Shown here in pieces: positions 1 through 13,066 of a stretch of DNA of 64,000 nt (position 1 is the first letter of the stretch; each line of letters opens with the position of its first letter). Location of the stretch: positions 96,598,001 through 96,662,000 of the forward strand of contig NC_058368.1 of the NCBI RefSeq assembly GCF_018350175.1. Direction: 5' to 3'. The position numbers were made by a program, and so were the translations under genes. The DNA comes from Felis catus. Lineage: Eukaryota. The notes under the pieces are model-generated. The model did no database searches, was not told the origin of the DNA, and saw only the letters and a list, made by a program, of their open reading frames with translations.

Positions 1-1544
1 AATGTCACATCTCTCCTTGCCCAGCTCTGGGATGCTATTTTATTTCATCCTATGTAACCTCTGTAATTACCCCTTCCCACAAGTCCTTTCTGCTCAGTTG
101 TGTATTCTCTCAGGATCCAGTCAGGGACGGGGCTGTGTTCGGCTTCACACCCCCTTCTCAGAGGCTGGACACCTGTGCATTCACCGAGCCATTCTGCCTA
201 ATGCGACATCATGCCTGCCCATGAATCAGGTGCCTGAGATTCCACACCTTTTGCTCCTACGTTGGCACAGAACTCCTCCAATGCAGCTTCCCTGTCACCA
301 TTCATGGTGACCCATGGTTATGTTCTTTAAGCACCGTGCTTGCCAACCCACCTGAACACCTGTCACCATCTTCTGATCATTATTTTCCAGGATTTATCTA
401 GACCCATAAACATAGTACAGGTCACTTTACACACAGTTTGGAGGTGAAACAAAGATGACATATTGTGAGGATGAGAAATTAACCAAAACAACATTAAAGC
501 CCCATTTCTAACGATCTTCACTGCCTCCTCCCCAATTCTAATCTTCTAGTCCTTTAGCCCTACTATGGTCTCACTTGTGAAGGAGAATGATGGGGGCTAG
601 GTGTGGGTTGGGTAGACTTGGGACTCTAACAAAAACACATTCTGTAACTATGGCACAGTACATGCTCTCTGCCCAAGAAGGGAGAAAATGGTATTACTAC
701 CTCAGATGGTTCTTGAGAATTATTGGAGATTATATACTGTTAGCTCCTAGAATAATCCAGATATTCATTTTGGCTCTCTTTTGTCATGCCCTCTTTGGAC
801 ATGTTCATGCTTGTGTTGAGCCCACTCAACTCACTAACTTTGCTGGTATGAACATGAGTGTGTGACCCTGGTCTGAGCACTTTGTGTGATGTCCTAGATT
901 CTGGATTTTGTTCCCATCTAAAAAGAAGGACCTAAGTCCTAAGCAGCTGCTTCTAAACACCAGGCCATTTTAATCACTTTAGACTGATAAAAATTTATAC
1001 TGTAATTTATTTTTATAAAATCAGAGTTAATCATTTTAGGAAAAGACCGTTTCCTGTTATTGTGAATAAATGACAACTGAATATTTACCCATAAAAGAAT
1101 ACTGGTGACATTTTTTGGGCTGAGAACCAATAGTAAGGTTTTGGAAAAACTCTTCATTTAAAATTGGAAAATTTTCCTGTATAATACTAGGTGTGTTTAA
1201 TCAGAGTCTTACATAGCTTCTCCTAAATAATTACAGAAAAAGTTTCCAAATTAGAGTGGTAAGGATATTGCAACAGTTTTTCAGGGACAATATGTCAGTG
1301 CTAGATAAGTACTGTCTGGGGAACAAAAATAACAACTTACACATAAGTTTTCACATAACCATTTCTTATCCCAGTGACTGTCAACCATGTACTTGGTGAG
1401 TATATTGGGGAAAGAGGTTGGACCCCAGTCAGTATTTTTAAAATACTTTCAGGTAATTCTAATATACAGCCATATTGGAATACTACTCTCTGATATAAAG
1501 CAAAGAATGTCAACACTTGCATCACAAGTAAAAAGACAAGACCC

Positions 1545-1756
1545 AGGCGCCTGGATAGCTCAGTCACTTAAGCGTCTGACTTTGGCTCAGGTCATGATCT
1601 CGTTGTTTGGGAAGCTCCCTGCTGTCAGATTCTGTGCTGACAGCTCGGAACCTGGAGCCTCCTTCAGAATCTTTGACTCCCTCTCTCTCTGCCCCTCCCC
1701 AAATCATGCTCTGTCTCTATCTCTCAAAAAATAAACAAATGTTAAAAAAAAAAAAA
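1545..1756 (+). mobile_element. Can-SINE (SINEC_Fc-like)
   Basis: ggcgcctggatagctcagtc head, caggtcatgatctc, CT-rich body, aaataaa plus A tail; TSD-like aag[a/g]caagacc. Confidence 0.95.
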
Positions 1757-1902
1757 GGCAAGACCTACTGAAACCATAATATTCCTAGAAGAAAACATAG
1801 TAATCTCTTTGACATTAGCCTCACAATATTTTTCTAGATATGTCTTTTCAGGTAAAGGAAATGAAAGCAAAAATAAGCTACTGGGCGGTGGGGTGGGGGG
1901 GG

Positions 1903-2103
1903 GGGGCGCCTGGGTGCTCAATCAGTTAAGCATCTGACTTCGGCACAGGTCATGAACTCACGGTTTGTGGGTTTGAGCCCTGCGTTGGACTCTGTGCTGA
2001 CAGCTCAGAGCCTGCTTCAGCTTCTATGTCTCCCTCTTTCTCTGTCCCCCATCCCTCATGCTCTGTCTCTGTCTCTCAAAAATAAATAAAACTTTTTTAA
2101 AAA
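1903..2103 (+). mobile_element. Can-SINE
   Basis: ggggcgcctgggtg head preceded by an expanded G-run; tail ctcaaaaataaataaaa. Confidence 0.95.
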
Positions 2104-2610
2104 TTTTGTTTAAATAAACTTTTGCCAAAATAAATGTGCCAATAAAAAAATTGTGCCATTCCATGCACAATGAAGGAAACCATTAAGAAAACAAAAAGTC
2201 AACTTACCAAATGGAATATGGTATTTGTAAATGGTATATCCAGTAAGGAGTTAATATGCAAACTAAATGAAGAACTAACACAACTCAACACTCCCCTCCC
2301 AAAAATAATAATCTGATTCAAAAATGGACAGAAGATTTGAATAGACATTTTTTCCAAAGGCAACATACAAATGGCCAAGAGACATACAAAAGAATGCTTA
2401 ACATCGCTAATGATCAGAGAAATAGAAAATCACAATGAAATATCACCTAATAGCAGTCAGCATGGCTAGTATCAAAAAGACAAGAAACAAGTGTTGGCAA
2501 GTCTGTGGAAGAAAAGCATAAAACAAACAAACAAACAAACAAACAAAACAAACACCTCAGGCTCCAATGGTGGGAATATAAATTGGTGTAGCCACTATGG
2601 GAAACAGTAT

Positions 2611-2891
2611 GGAGTGCCTGGGTGGCTCCATTGGTCAAGCATCCAACTTAGGCTCAAGTCATGACCTCTCCGTTCCTGAGTTTGAGACCCTCATCGGGCT
2701 CTGTGTTGACAGCTCAGGACTGGGAGCCTGCTTTGGATTCGGTGTCTCCCTCTCTCTGTGCCCCTCCCCTCCTCAGGCTCACTCTCTCTCTCTCTCTCTC
2801 TCTCTCGCTCTCTGTCTCAAAAAATGAAAAACATTTTCACTCACATTTTCACATGCTCACTCTCTTATCTCTCAAAAATAAATAAAGAAAA
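2611..2891 (+). mobile_element. Can-SINE with a doubled 3' end
   Basis: Head gtgcctgggtggctc; two successive ctctc...caaaaa tails (about 2820 and about 2875). Confidence 0.9.
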
Positions 2892-3098
2892 CTTTTTATT
2901 AAAAATAGAAATATATTATGACCCAGGAATGGAATTACTGGGTATTTATGCAAAGAAAGCAAAAAACACTAATTTGAAAAGATATATACACCCCAATGCT
3001 TAGTGCAGCATTATTTACAGTAGCCAAGATATGGAAGCAACCTAAGGGCCCATTGATAGATGAATGGATAAAGAAGATGTGGTACGTATTTAAAAAGT

Positions 3099-3201
3099 AA
3101 TGGTATATCCAGTAAGGAGTTAACATGCAAACTAAATGAAGAACTAACATAACTCAACACTCCCCTCCCAAATAATAATCTGATTCAAAAATGGACAGAA
3201 G
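3099..3201 (+). repeat. Local duplicate of 2230-2334 (L1-derived)
   Basis: Near-identical ~103 bp copy sharing the locus-specific ctcccctccc. Confidence 0.95.
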
Positions 3202-3814
3202 CCCTCTCCTGATCCAGAACATCTTCTCATTCACTTCAGAGTTGGGTCTGTGGTAAGAACCAGGGACCTGCACCCTAACACTTACTCCAACTAATTCAGA
3301 TGATCATATATAGCATATATATATGACCATATAGAGCAAACATGAGATTCAGGACTCCAAAAAAAAAAAAAGTTATAGATTTCAAGGGGGCCTAAAGTAC
3401 AGTGTCGAGATCACAGGTAGGAGAGTTCTCACGTACATAAAACACTGGAATTCTTGACATTGACATGGATCATGGGAAAACATAGTGAGATCATGGGAAA
3501 ATCCTTAGGGATACAGGTGTTTGCATAACAACATCATAAACTCCCCTGACCAGGCTGGCCGAGAACAGTCAGCAGCATGTCAAGGAGGTTGCACAGGACA
3601 GCGCAGGGGTCAATGGATCTGAGTTCTCCCTGGCTTCATCCTCATCCTGAGTATGGAGAAATCACTTTGGCCAATCTCTCCACACCTCTGAGCTGCTTTA
3701 TGATAAACACTGTTTCATCACTTTGTGTTTAGTGCTGGCACTGAGTACCTAAGTATGAGGTCCACAGCTTCTATTTAACTGTTGACACAGGGAATCAGGA
3801 ACACATCAGACCCA

Positions 3815-3948
3815 GTCATCTGTATAATATTTGTGGCTGCTTTGACACTTCAGTGTCAGGGTTGTGTAGTTGTGACAGAGGCCATGTGTCCACAAAGCTG
3901 AAAATATTCACAATCTAGTCCTTTGCAGAAAAAGTTGGCTGGCCCCTG
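3815..3948 (+). mobile_element. MER58A-like hAT-Charlie MITE, 3' part
   Basis: gtagttgtgacagag...aaagctgaaaatatt...ctttgcagaaaaagttggctggcccctg end. Confidence 0.75.
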
Positions 3949-5592
3949 TGCTATAGTCCCTTTTCCACCGTGAAAGTGCCTGGGATGGTGTCAACTCAGA
4001 ACAAAGCACAGAATGGGATTCTAAGAATCTCAGCCCTGAAACTGTAGGTATCTGAGACTGTTTCTATACCTAGGCTTTTCAGTTTCAGACTATAAGCTAT
4101 TCTTTGTTTTGTTTTTGTTTTTCTTCGCTTTGTCTTCACGTAAGCCATGGGAATTGGGCCTTCTTGTATGACTAAAACAGTCCTAATAGCAGTTATGACA
4201 AAAATAAAAGCAGAGAAGGAAAACTAACATAACTGAAATCTGGGCAGTATTTACATATCTGACCGACTTTGAGTGACATGGAGAAACTGAAAGATTTTTG
4301 CAACAAATATAAATACTTCTCCGTAAAAGTAGCAAATGATTGTAGAAACAAGTGAAGACAGACTCCTCAAAAACATATTTCTATCAAGATCAAGACAGAG
4401 ACAACACATTAGCCATTCTGTGATTAGGTCTTCACCAACAGCCTGGAGAGTTGCGATCAACGGCCCATGCAAAGATGACACCCTAGATAACAGTGTTTCA
4501 TGTTCTGCATTTTAAGGCTTACATTAGCTGCTAATTGAAACTTACATTGCTATACAGTTAATCTCTTCTGTTAGTTTCATTCAGAAAGGCCTCATGATCC
4601 CGTTTAAGTCCCTACTTTTCAGCACAGGATCTGGCTTATGGTAGATTCTCAATAAAAGGATCAAATGAGCCTGAACTAGTTGATCCAACAGTTTCATCCC
4701 AGGATGCAGATCTCTATAGTATACAACAAGAACTTCAAGAATGAGTCCTCTCAGAGCGCATCCTTATCTGAGAAAGCAGCCCCTAAAACACCTCTACTCT
4801 TTTCCAAATGGATAAATCTCTCCAAAATGTCCAGTCTGTTTTTTATAAATTCTTTTTTTTTTTTATAAATTCTTAATAGTAATGACCTAAGCTGACCAAT
4901 GCTTCTTACAACCACAGAGTCACTTTATTCAAGATCCTTGATGATTTTTTGCAGTTGAACAGTGCTGACTCTTAACCTTAGGGAAATGAAATAGGCATGA
5001 AACCCGGCGAGATTATATTCATTTTCTGTTCAGTGTGCCTTCTCTTGAATGATATGCCTATGTAGGATTTGTCAGGAGGGGTAAACCATATTGTGTGAAG
5101 CAACAGTGTTCCCTGTGATATGGTCAAGAATATAATGAGCCCTTGTGTAGGCAGAGGAAGAACTTTCTGTATGCCAGGATTTACTTCCTAAAAAAAAAAA
5201 AAAAAAAAAAAAAAGGTATTTCTGTCAATCTCATGATTAATCCCTTTGTTTCCATTAGGATAAAACTTGCTTTAAATAAGCTCTCTTCAAGTCCATAATT
5301 GAGAATTAGAAACCTTAGTTAGATTTGCCTTAACAGTCTGAGATTCTTCATTTTATTGATAACAAAATGTGAGACAGACCACCCTGCTATTTTGAAGATT
5401 GGAGAATAAAATTGCTGGTTAATCTTCCAAAGCTCCATATAAGACCTAGATCAATCAACTGAAGAACCCACATTTTACTGAGGTTCTTCCTACTAAGACA
5501 CTTCCTTTTAAACTCACCACCCACTTGGCTTACACCTTGTTCTCTATTGATAGCAATCAAAGATGAATCCCTAAGATAAGACATGATGGCTC

Positions 5593-6380
5593 TATCAGTT
5601 ATCTATAGCTGCATAACACATTACTTCAAACCTGAGTAGCCTAAAATGATAATATTCATTATGGTACAGCCTGTCCAGAATCCTAGTTCAGGTTAGTTGG
5701 GTCCTCTGGCTCTGGTCCCTCACAAAGCTGCAGTCAAGGAGTTGGCTAGAGCTGTTGTCATTTTAAGATTAAGTGGGAAAAGTTCCACTTCATAGCCTGC
5801 TCACCTGGTTGTTCTAAGATTCACTTATTCATGAACTCTTGGACTAAGGGACTAAATGTTCCACCAGCTACTAACCAGCTACCAGCCTTTGTGCCTGGAA
5901 TCTTGCCATGTAGGCCTCTCCCAAGGGCAGCTCACAGCATGGTAACAGGTTTCAACAAAGTAAGCAAATGAACAGCACAAGAAAACACTAATGAGATGGA
6001 AGTCACACTCTGTTACAATCTAATCTCAGAAGTGACATTTAGGGGCACCTGAGTGTCTGTGTCGGTAAAACCATCCAATTCTTGATTTTGGCTCAGGTCA
6101 TGATCTCCAGGTCATAAGATCGAGTCCTATGTTGGGTTCCATGCTGAGTGTGGAGCCTGCTTGGGATTCTCTCTCTCCCTCTGTCTCTCTAATAAAATTA
6201 GCCTCTCTAAATAAATAAATAAACTTAAAAAAAGTGACATCCTATCACTTTGGCCATATCCTGTTTCTCAGAAGCCAGTCACCAAGTCCAGCCCACACTT
6301 TAGCTGAGAGGATTACAGAGGGCATGCATATCTGGAAGTAGGGACTGTTGGGAGGCATCTTAGAAGTCTGATTACCACAA
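5593..6380 (-). mobile_element. MLT1-family MaLR LTR, split by a SINE
   Basis: agttatctatagctgcataaca start, gctgcagtcaagg, agaagtgacat...catcactt, ggcatcttagaagtctg..taccaca end. Confidence 0.8.
6042..6231 (+). mobile_element. Can-SINE
   Basis: ggggcacctg head, A tail, TSD aagtgacat. Confidence 0.95.
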
Positions 6381-6549
6381 TGTCCTTAGGAATCAAGCTT
6401 CTAGAGGGGGTTGAAATCTTAATGAAATAAAGGCTGAACTGTGAAAACTTATTTGCTTGACTCATAGGAGTTGTCAAAGGTAAAAAGCCTTGTCCCATCC
6501 TTACAAGGTGCAGCTACCTTAAACTTCTTCACAGATCTCTACAACCCAT

Positions 6550-7690
6550 TACTTCTACCTTCATATTCAGTTGCTTCCTCACAGAGAAAATGTTCTATAT
6601 ATGGACATCGCTCCTGATTCACAGAGAAAATGCAAGCACCTAAATGAGATTTTCCACCAACTGTAGACTATCAAAAGAAAAATATGTAACTATGTTTTAC
6701 TTATGCTTTTCTTTTTATTCTGACATCAAAGAAAGAGATATTCCTGTTTGAGAGAATTTCCTTGCTGAAACATCCATCTTTTCTATTCAAGGTCTTTACT
6801 TCTCATTTCTTCCTTTCCCAGTACTCTCAACACAAGCCCTTTTGATGGTTCTCCCAAGGTATGCAAGCTATCCATGCTTCTCCCATGATCTCTCCTTGTC
6901 CCCTACAGGTAATAATTGCTTTCCAGATAGCTACTTATACCCTTCTCTGTCCTTAATACACTTAAATATGGGTACTATTTTCACTAAGGCACCGCCTGAG
7001 CTTTTGTGAAGATGATGTGCTTGAAGTTAAATTCAATTCTTTTCAGGCACTTAATTAGCTTAATAATTATTATTAAATTAATAATCAGCTTAATTAGCTT
7101 TCTGTGTCACTTAGTACTTCTGATTGTTCCCACTTTTGAGAGATACTCTCTTTTTCTGATGTCCATAATACCACCCTCTTGTGGTGTTGCCCTACCTGTC
7201 TGTCCACTCTTTCTCAATGTTCTTGGCAGAGGACTCCATCTGAGTCACCCTATAACATTCATGTTTCAATGTCTAGGTCAGGCATACTTCTCTGTTTATT
7301 CTGTAAGTACTCCTAAGAAGACTTCAGCCACTTTCCTAATTTTAATTGCCACTCCTCAAGTTTTATCTTTACCACATATTTTTCCCTCTTCAGCCTCAAG
7401 CTCTTATCTAACTAAGGAAGAAAAATATACTTGGTAATTTAAGCTAGTATCAAATTGAACTCTTACCCCCCCACCCTGACTAATTCTATAGCTCCTAAGA
7501 GACTCCTCTTTTTGATGAGTACAACTCCCTCCATTCTGTTTAGCCAAATTAGAATCCTGAGTGAATCACTGACTACTCCCTTTACATGGATCCCTCCAAC
7601 CCATCAATGTCAAGTTTCAATCAAAAGGAAGATAAGCTTAGGTGCTGGGATAATCCTTACCCAGTATCCCACAACCTCCACTCTCCACAT
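6550..7690 (+). mobile_element. L2-like decayed LINE
   Basis: Pyrimidine-rich with L2-like motifs (caaattgaactc, ccattctgtttagccaaa, gactactccc). Confidence 0.5.
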
Positions 7691-7750
7691 TTAACCTAAA
7701 AACTGGATGAAAATTAAACATATAAGGACGTGATCTTCAACAAAAATCCA

Positions 7751-7963
7751 GGGGTGCCTGGGTGGCTCAGTTGGTTGAGCGTCCGACTTCTGCTCGGGTC
7801 ATGATCTCACTGTCTATGAGTTCAAGCCCCACGTTGGTGTCTGTGCTGACAGCTCAGAGCCTGGAGCCCGTTTCGGATTCTGAGCCTCTCTCTCTGCCCC
7901 TAACGCACTCGCATCCTGTCTCTGTCTCTCTCAAAAATAAATAAACATTAAAAAAAATTTTAA
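7751..7963 (+). mobile_element. Can-SINE
   Basis: ggggtgcctgggtggctcagttggttgagcgtccgact; TSD aacaaaaatcca. Confidence 0.97.
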
Positions 7964-7984
7964 AACAAAAATCCAGATGGCCTA

Positions 7985-8498
7985 TGTAGTAGGCAGAGTA
8001 ACGGCCCTGGCAAAGATGTCCATGTTCTAATACTCAGAACCTATGAATATGTGATGTGATGTGGCACAGGGGAAATGAGGTTTCAGGCTCAATTAAGGTG
8101 GCTAAGGTGGCTAATTTGATAATAATCCTAAAAAAAGAGAGATTTACTGAATTATCTGGGTGATGACAAGGCTCCTTAAAAGTTGAAGTGGGAGGAAGAA
8201 GAGTCACTGTCAGAGAGCTACAATGCAGCAGAGACTTAGCTAACTGTTGCTAGCTTTGAAGATGGAAGGGAGCCATAACTCAGGAAGGGAAGACAGCTTT
8301 TAGAATTGGGAAAGGCAAGAGCATGGATTTTCCCCTTGAGTCCCTAGAAAGGAGACAGCTCGGCCAATATGTGGATTTTAGCCCAGCGAGATAGTTTTCA
8401 GACTTCCTTCCTCCAGGACTATAAAATAACACATATGCATTGTTTATAGCCACAAAGTTTGTGGTAATTTGTTATAGCAGTGATAAGAAATTAATACC
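7985..8498 (+). mobile_element. MLT1C/D-like MaLR solo LTR
   Basis: tgtagtaggcagagtaa...aaagatgtccatg start; gtggtaatttgttatagcag...taatac end; 5-bp TSD-like gccta/accta. Confidence 0.85.
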
Positions 8499-8554
8499 AC
8501 CTATTTCTTCCCTTTAATTTTTTATTCTTTATGTTAGATTAAGGCAGAGACCTG

Positions 8555-9760
8555 CTGTTACCAAAATCAGAAATAAAAATGGACATGACTAGGAAAATAA
8601 AAACGATAAAAGATTACTAAACAGCTGTATGGAAACCAACTAGATAGCCTAAATTAAATGGAAAAATTCCTAGAGGCAAAAACCTACCAAAACAAATCTG
8701 AATAGACTTATAATTGGAAAGGAAATTGAATCAGTAATAAAAAATCTCCCAACAAACCAAAGCCCTGAACTAGCTGGTTTCACTGGTGAATTCTACCAAG
8801 CTTTAAGGAATAACTAACACCTTTTCTTCTAAAACTTTTCCAAAAAAGTGAAGAGGGAACACTTCTTAATTCATTTTATGAGGCCACTTTACCCTGAAAC
8901 CAAAGACAAAGACACTATTAAAAAAAAAAAAAAAAGAAAACATAGACCAACAGGCCTTATGAACATCTGATGCAAATAGCAAACTGAATTCAGCAGCATA
9001 TTAAAGGAATAATCAGAAACCTATCCCAAACCTACCTTTATTAACCATTCCTAATGAACAGTATAATCCAAGTCCTAGCTAGTGACAAAGACAAAGAAAG
9101 AAAATCAGAGGTTACAGATATAGAAGAAAAGAATTAAAATTGTCTTTCTTTGCAGATGACCTTAAAGTCCAAATTTCTTAAAAAATAATTTGATAAATAC
9201 AAATTTGATAAAGTACAAATTTCTTAAAAAATAATTTGATAAAAAAAACCTTTTCTAAAATTACTGAGGATAAAAGTCAATGATTTTTCCATGATTATAT
9301 AGGTCAACAATGAAAAATTCGAACTTGAAATTGAGAAAAAAACCCTTTTTATATAATTTTACACACATACATTTTTAAGTTAATTTTGAGAGAGAAAGAG
9401 AGAGAGAGAATGTGTGTGTGTGTGTGTGTGTGTGTGAGAAAGAGAGAGAGAGAGAGAGAATGGGGGAGAGGCAAAGAGAGAGGGAGAGAGAATCCCAAGC
9501 AGTCTCCGTGCTTTAAGAACAGAGCCTGATATGGAGCTCAAACTCACCAACTGTGAGATCATGACCTGAGCTGAAATCAGGAGTTAGACGCTTGGCCGAC
9601 TGAGCCACCCAGGCACCCCTCCATACTTTCTACGTACTTTTAATAATAGCACCCAAAAAAGAAATACTCAGGTATAAATCAAACAAACATGTACAGAATC
9701 TCCATGCATTAAAAAAAAACTCTAATGAAAGAAATCAAATAACTAAATATCACAATAAAG
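8555..9760 (+). mobile_element. Old L1 ORF2 fragments
   Basis: ggaaattgaatcagtaataaaaaatctcccaaca, ggtttcactggtgaattctaccaa, tttgcagatgac (RT FADD motif). Confidence 0.85.
9373..9619 (-). mobile_element. Can-SINE with (TG)n/(GA)n expansion
   Basis: Ends in gactgagccacccaggcacccc (reverse-complemented head). Confidence 0.95.
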
Positions 9761-11785
9761 TCTGTCTAAAAATCAGTCAAAGAATCACATTCACTAAAGT
9801 AAACAGGACTTCAAGGAGGAGCTTGACTATTTCTCCGAGCATCTCAAGGCGATTTGATCTTTCTCTTTACCCTTCTACCACTTCTTCCAGACACCACCTT
9901 CCTCACCACCTTCTTCAATGAAGGTCCTTTTGTATCTCCAGCAAAACCAGTGAAACACAATTGGGATGACTGTTCATATCAATTTGTATATGCATGAATA
10001 TTCACACAAGTATCGTGTGTGTAAACTTTTCACCTTGTTTGGAGAGAACAGTACTTCTGATAGACAAGATTTTTTTTCTCTGTAGTGTTAAACTAGCCTT
10101 GTGCAAATTTTCTCATTTTTAAATCTATCTACATGGCAATTATTGATGTTACAGGGCTGGTGAAATTGCACAATTCTGCTTCAGTTATACATATTTTACC
10201 AGTGGGATTTCACCACCATCAATGTATGTCAAACGTATCATGAGATAATCAACTTAGTAAATCAATGTCAATCATATACCAAAGCAGCCCCTTTTTTCCT
10301 ACTCTTATGAATTGGCTCCACATAATTTTCAAATGCTAAGAAGAAAACAAAAATAAAGTTGAAAAAAGCCGCCAGAATTTGATACGGTACATGATGGTTA
10401 TTAAATATAAGCTAGGCTCACTCTTTACATGGTGAAAATTATTTCCTGCCCATTACAAAACCATAAATAGAAGCTCAGCAAATCTGATTGTGTTCCTAAG
10501 CAAAATAATACCTGATATACACTTCACCTTACTGTTCATAAGCAAAATTCAGAAAGATGTTACTGACCCCAAGAAAGTAAAATAAAACAACCCAGAGACT
10601 TTTAGGGACACAGAGTAGCATGGGATTTATCTACTATTCCAAACACTGAAAGCCACTACCAGGAGACGAATCCCCAAACTGGATCTTCCGAACAACATAA
10701 ATCATGTCTTAACTTTGCTCATATCTAATACTATTTTGTTTTTGTATGGAAAAGCATCCGTTCTCATGGAGAGATAGAAACACCCCTGGCTTGGATGTCT
10801 TCATTAGTTCAGAACTCCAAAACAAAGACCAGAAAAGTAGGAAAAAGTATGAATTTGAAAAACAAAAATATTTTCACATCTGATACGTTTCCAAATAACA
10901 CATATACCCTGACACTCTTTTGGCACTGGATCACATACAGAAACTATATACTTGCTAAGGAGTGGCTGAAAATTTTCACAAAGTGCTTTATTGGCTTCAT
11001 GTCATTCTTTGAACAGTGGCAAATAATGAACTCCATTCTTGATACAAGGAGGCCACTTGGATTCAAGTGCCAGTTATTCACTTTCCTAATCAATTACGTA
11101 ATTCTTCATGTTGCCCTCTCTTAAATAAAATGAGTTGGGAGTTGGGGAAAAGTTAAAGTCATGTTTTTCACTGTCCAAGTTATAAAAGTCCGTATTTTGG
11201 TATAGGAATTAGGCCCACATTTGCTAAAGATATTTTCAAATATGGAAGAATGGTAGCATTTACTTGTCAACACTAAAATGTAAATTGCAAGTTTCTTTCT
11301 GAGTCCAGAAAGAATTCAGTATTATAATACCTCAATCCAGCGCAGGTCTTAACAGTCAGAATTAGCCAAGTACATTTCCATATCTCCATAGAGACTAAAG
11401 AATAATCACTTTTATATGTAAATACATTTCATGTAACTACCCTAGAGACCACAGTGGCTGCCACAGTTATTAATGAAGCTGCACTTAATGTGCGATTCAT
11501 CCAAATTACTCTCTAGGAAAAATTCAAGAGGTTGGACATCATCTGAGCTCAGACTCCACACTTGCCATGTTTGATAAAAACTAGGAAAGAAGTAGGACAA
11601 CGGCTTGCACTTGAAAGCAGGGATTGCTTTTCTGGCCTGGTTAGGATAGGAAACATGCAAGTCTTCTGCTCTCCTCTTATGGTGAGTCAGTACTGTGAAT
11701 ATGTTGCTGGAATTTTCTTACCTCCGCATCTCTACAGTCACTGGCTTCTCTTTATAACAACACCAACCTAAAGCCGAAATGAACA

Positions 11786-11996
11786 GGGGTACCTGGTTGG
11801 CTCAGGCAGTCAAGTGCCTCTTGATTTTGGCTCAGGTCATGATCTCACGGTTTATGAGACTGAGGCCCATGTCGGGCTCTGTGCCCGCTAACAGCACGGA
11901 TCCTGCTTGGGAGTCTCTCTCTGCCCCTCCCCCCCCCACTTGTGTACACGTTCTCATTCTCTCTCTCTCTCTCAGAATAAATAAACATTTTTTTTT
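11786..11996 (+). mobile_element. Can-SINE
   Basis: TSD taaagccgaaatgaaca / taaagcccaagtgaaca. Confidence 0.95.
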
Positions 11997-13066
11997 AAAG
12001 CCCAAGTGAACAGTGAAAGCCAAAGTGAGAATGGCCAACCATTGTCCAGGACAAATTTGACTGTGATGTCACCACTATCCTCTTCTTATGTGAACAACTC
12101 CCACCCATATGTACATACACTTTTAGTTGGTTTGTGCCTTGTAGGAAATTTGGTTGGCTAAGTCTTAGCATACAAATTGTCACTTTGTAGGCCCAGGGCA
12201 CCTCAAGACACCCCCTTGCAGACTTCCCTGAGGAAACGTACAGTATTTTCCTTTCTAACCCCAGACCCACAGGACTTTTCAGTTAGTAGATACAAGTGAC
12301 ACAACTTTCCTTCTCTTGACAGTTGTTCATCCCAGACCTGGACTTGCTTGTTTTCAGAGTCTCTCTTGCCAGCCCTATGCCTGTCTTTCCAATCCTGTCT
12401 CCACAGCCTGGTGAATCATTGGCCCATTTCCTCCCCTCATTGTAATCTTGCCTTGATTCCATTTCATATCCACCTACATCCATCTACTTTTGATCAGTTT
12501 CTACTTTGACAAACCCATCTCTTTACCTTCAAATGTTCCCTTATAGCTGAACAGCCCATCCAATCTAGCAGTTAGGTTTCGGAAGCAAAACCCACTCAGG
12601 ATTGACTACAGAATTTTTTTTTTTTTTTTTTTTTTTTTGCTTCTCCAAACGTACCTACTCCAAAATCATAATTTCTGGCCCTGGCTTAAGTAGTTGGAGC
12701 TCACAACTATGATTACTCAACTATTTTGTTCCTAAACTGGCTCGATCTTTGGCCCCCAAAGGGGGAAAAGATATATTTTACTAAGCACTATGGAATCGGA
12801 ATCGCCCTTGATGGTAATGGACATGAGGCTGCTCTAAGGATCTGGCTGAGAAGTTTGAATGACAAAAGGAGGACAATCTAGGAGCTTCCTCCAAGTTGAA
12901 AGGATCAGGGTGGCTGACTTCTGAAACTACCTCCTATTTGCTCAAATGGAGAAGCTCAGTTTTCATCAGGAACTAGGGGTAGAAAGTTTCACCTTAAAAG
13001 GGTGAAAACTCTTCCTTACTAATTCATAAATAGGAAATATCCAACGCAGTTCTTGCACCGTATTCC

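Larger units (their letters stand above)
1520..3090 (+). mobile_element. L1 (carnivore-type) ORF2 3' region, decayed, interrupted by three SINEs, 3' UTR missing
   Basis: L1 hallmarks cctagaagaaaacatag, gacatttttccaaag...atacaaatggccaa and gcagcattatttacagtagccaagatatggaagcaacctaag. Confidence 0.85.

Noticed and set aside
11995..12270. Possible retroviral protease relic (PNFLQGTNQL resembles the NLLGRD motif)
   Set aside because: No DTG/DSG catalytic motif and no flanking gag/pol or LTR evidence; similarity too weak.
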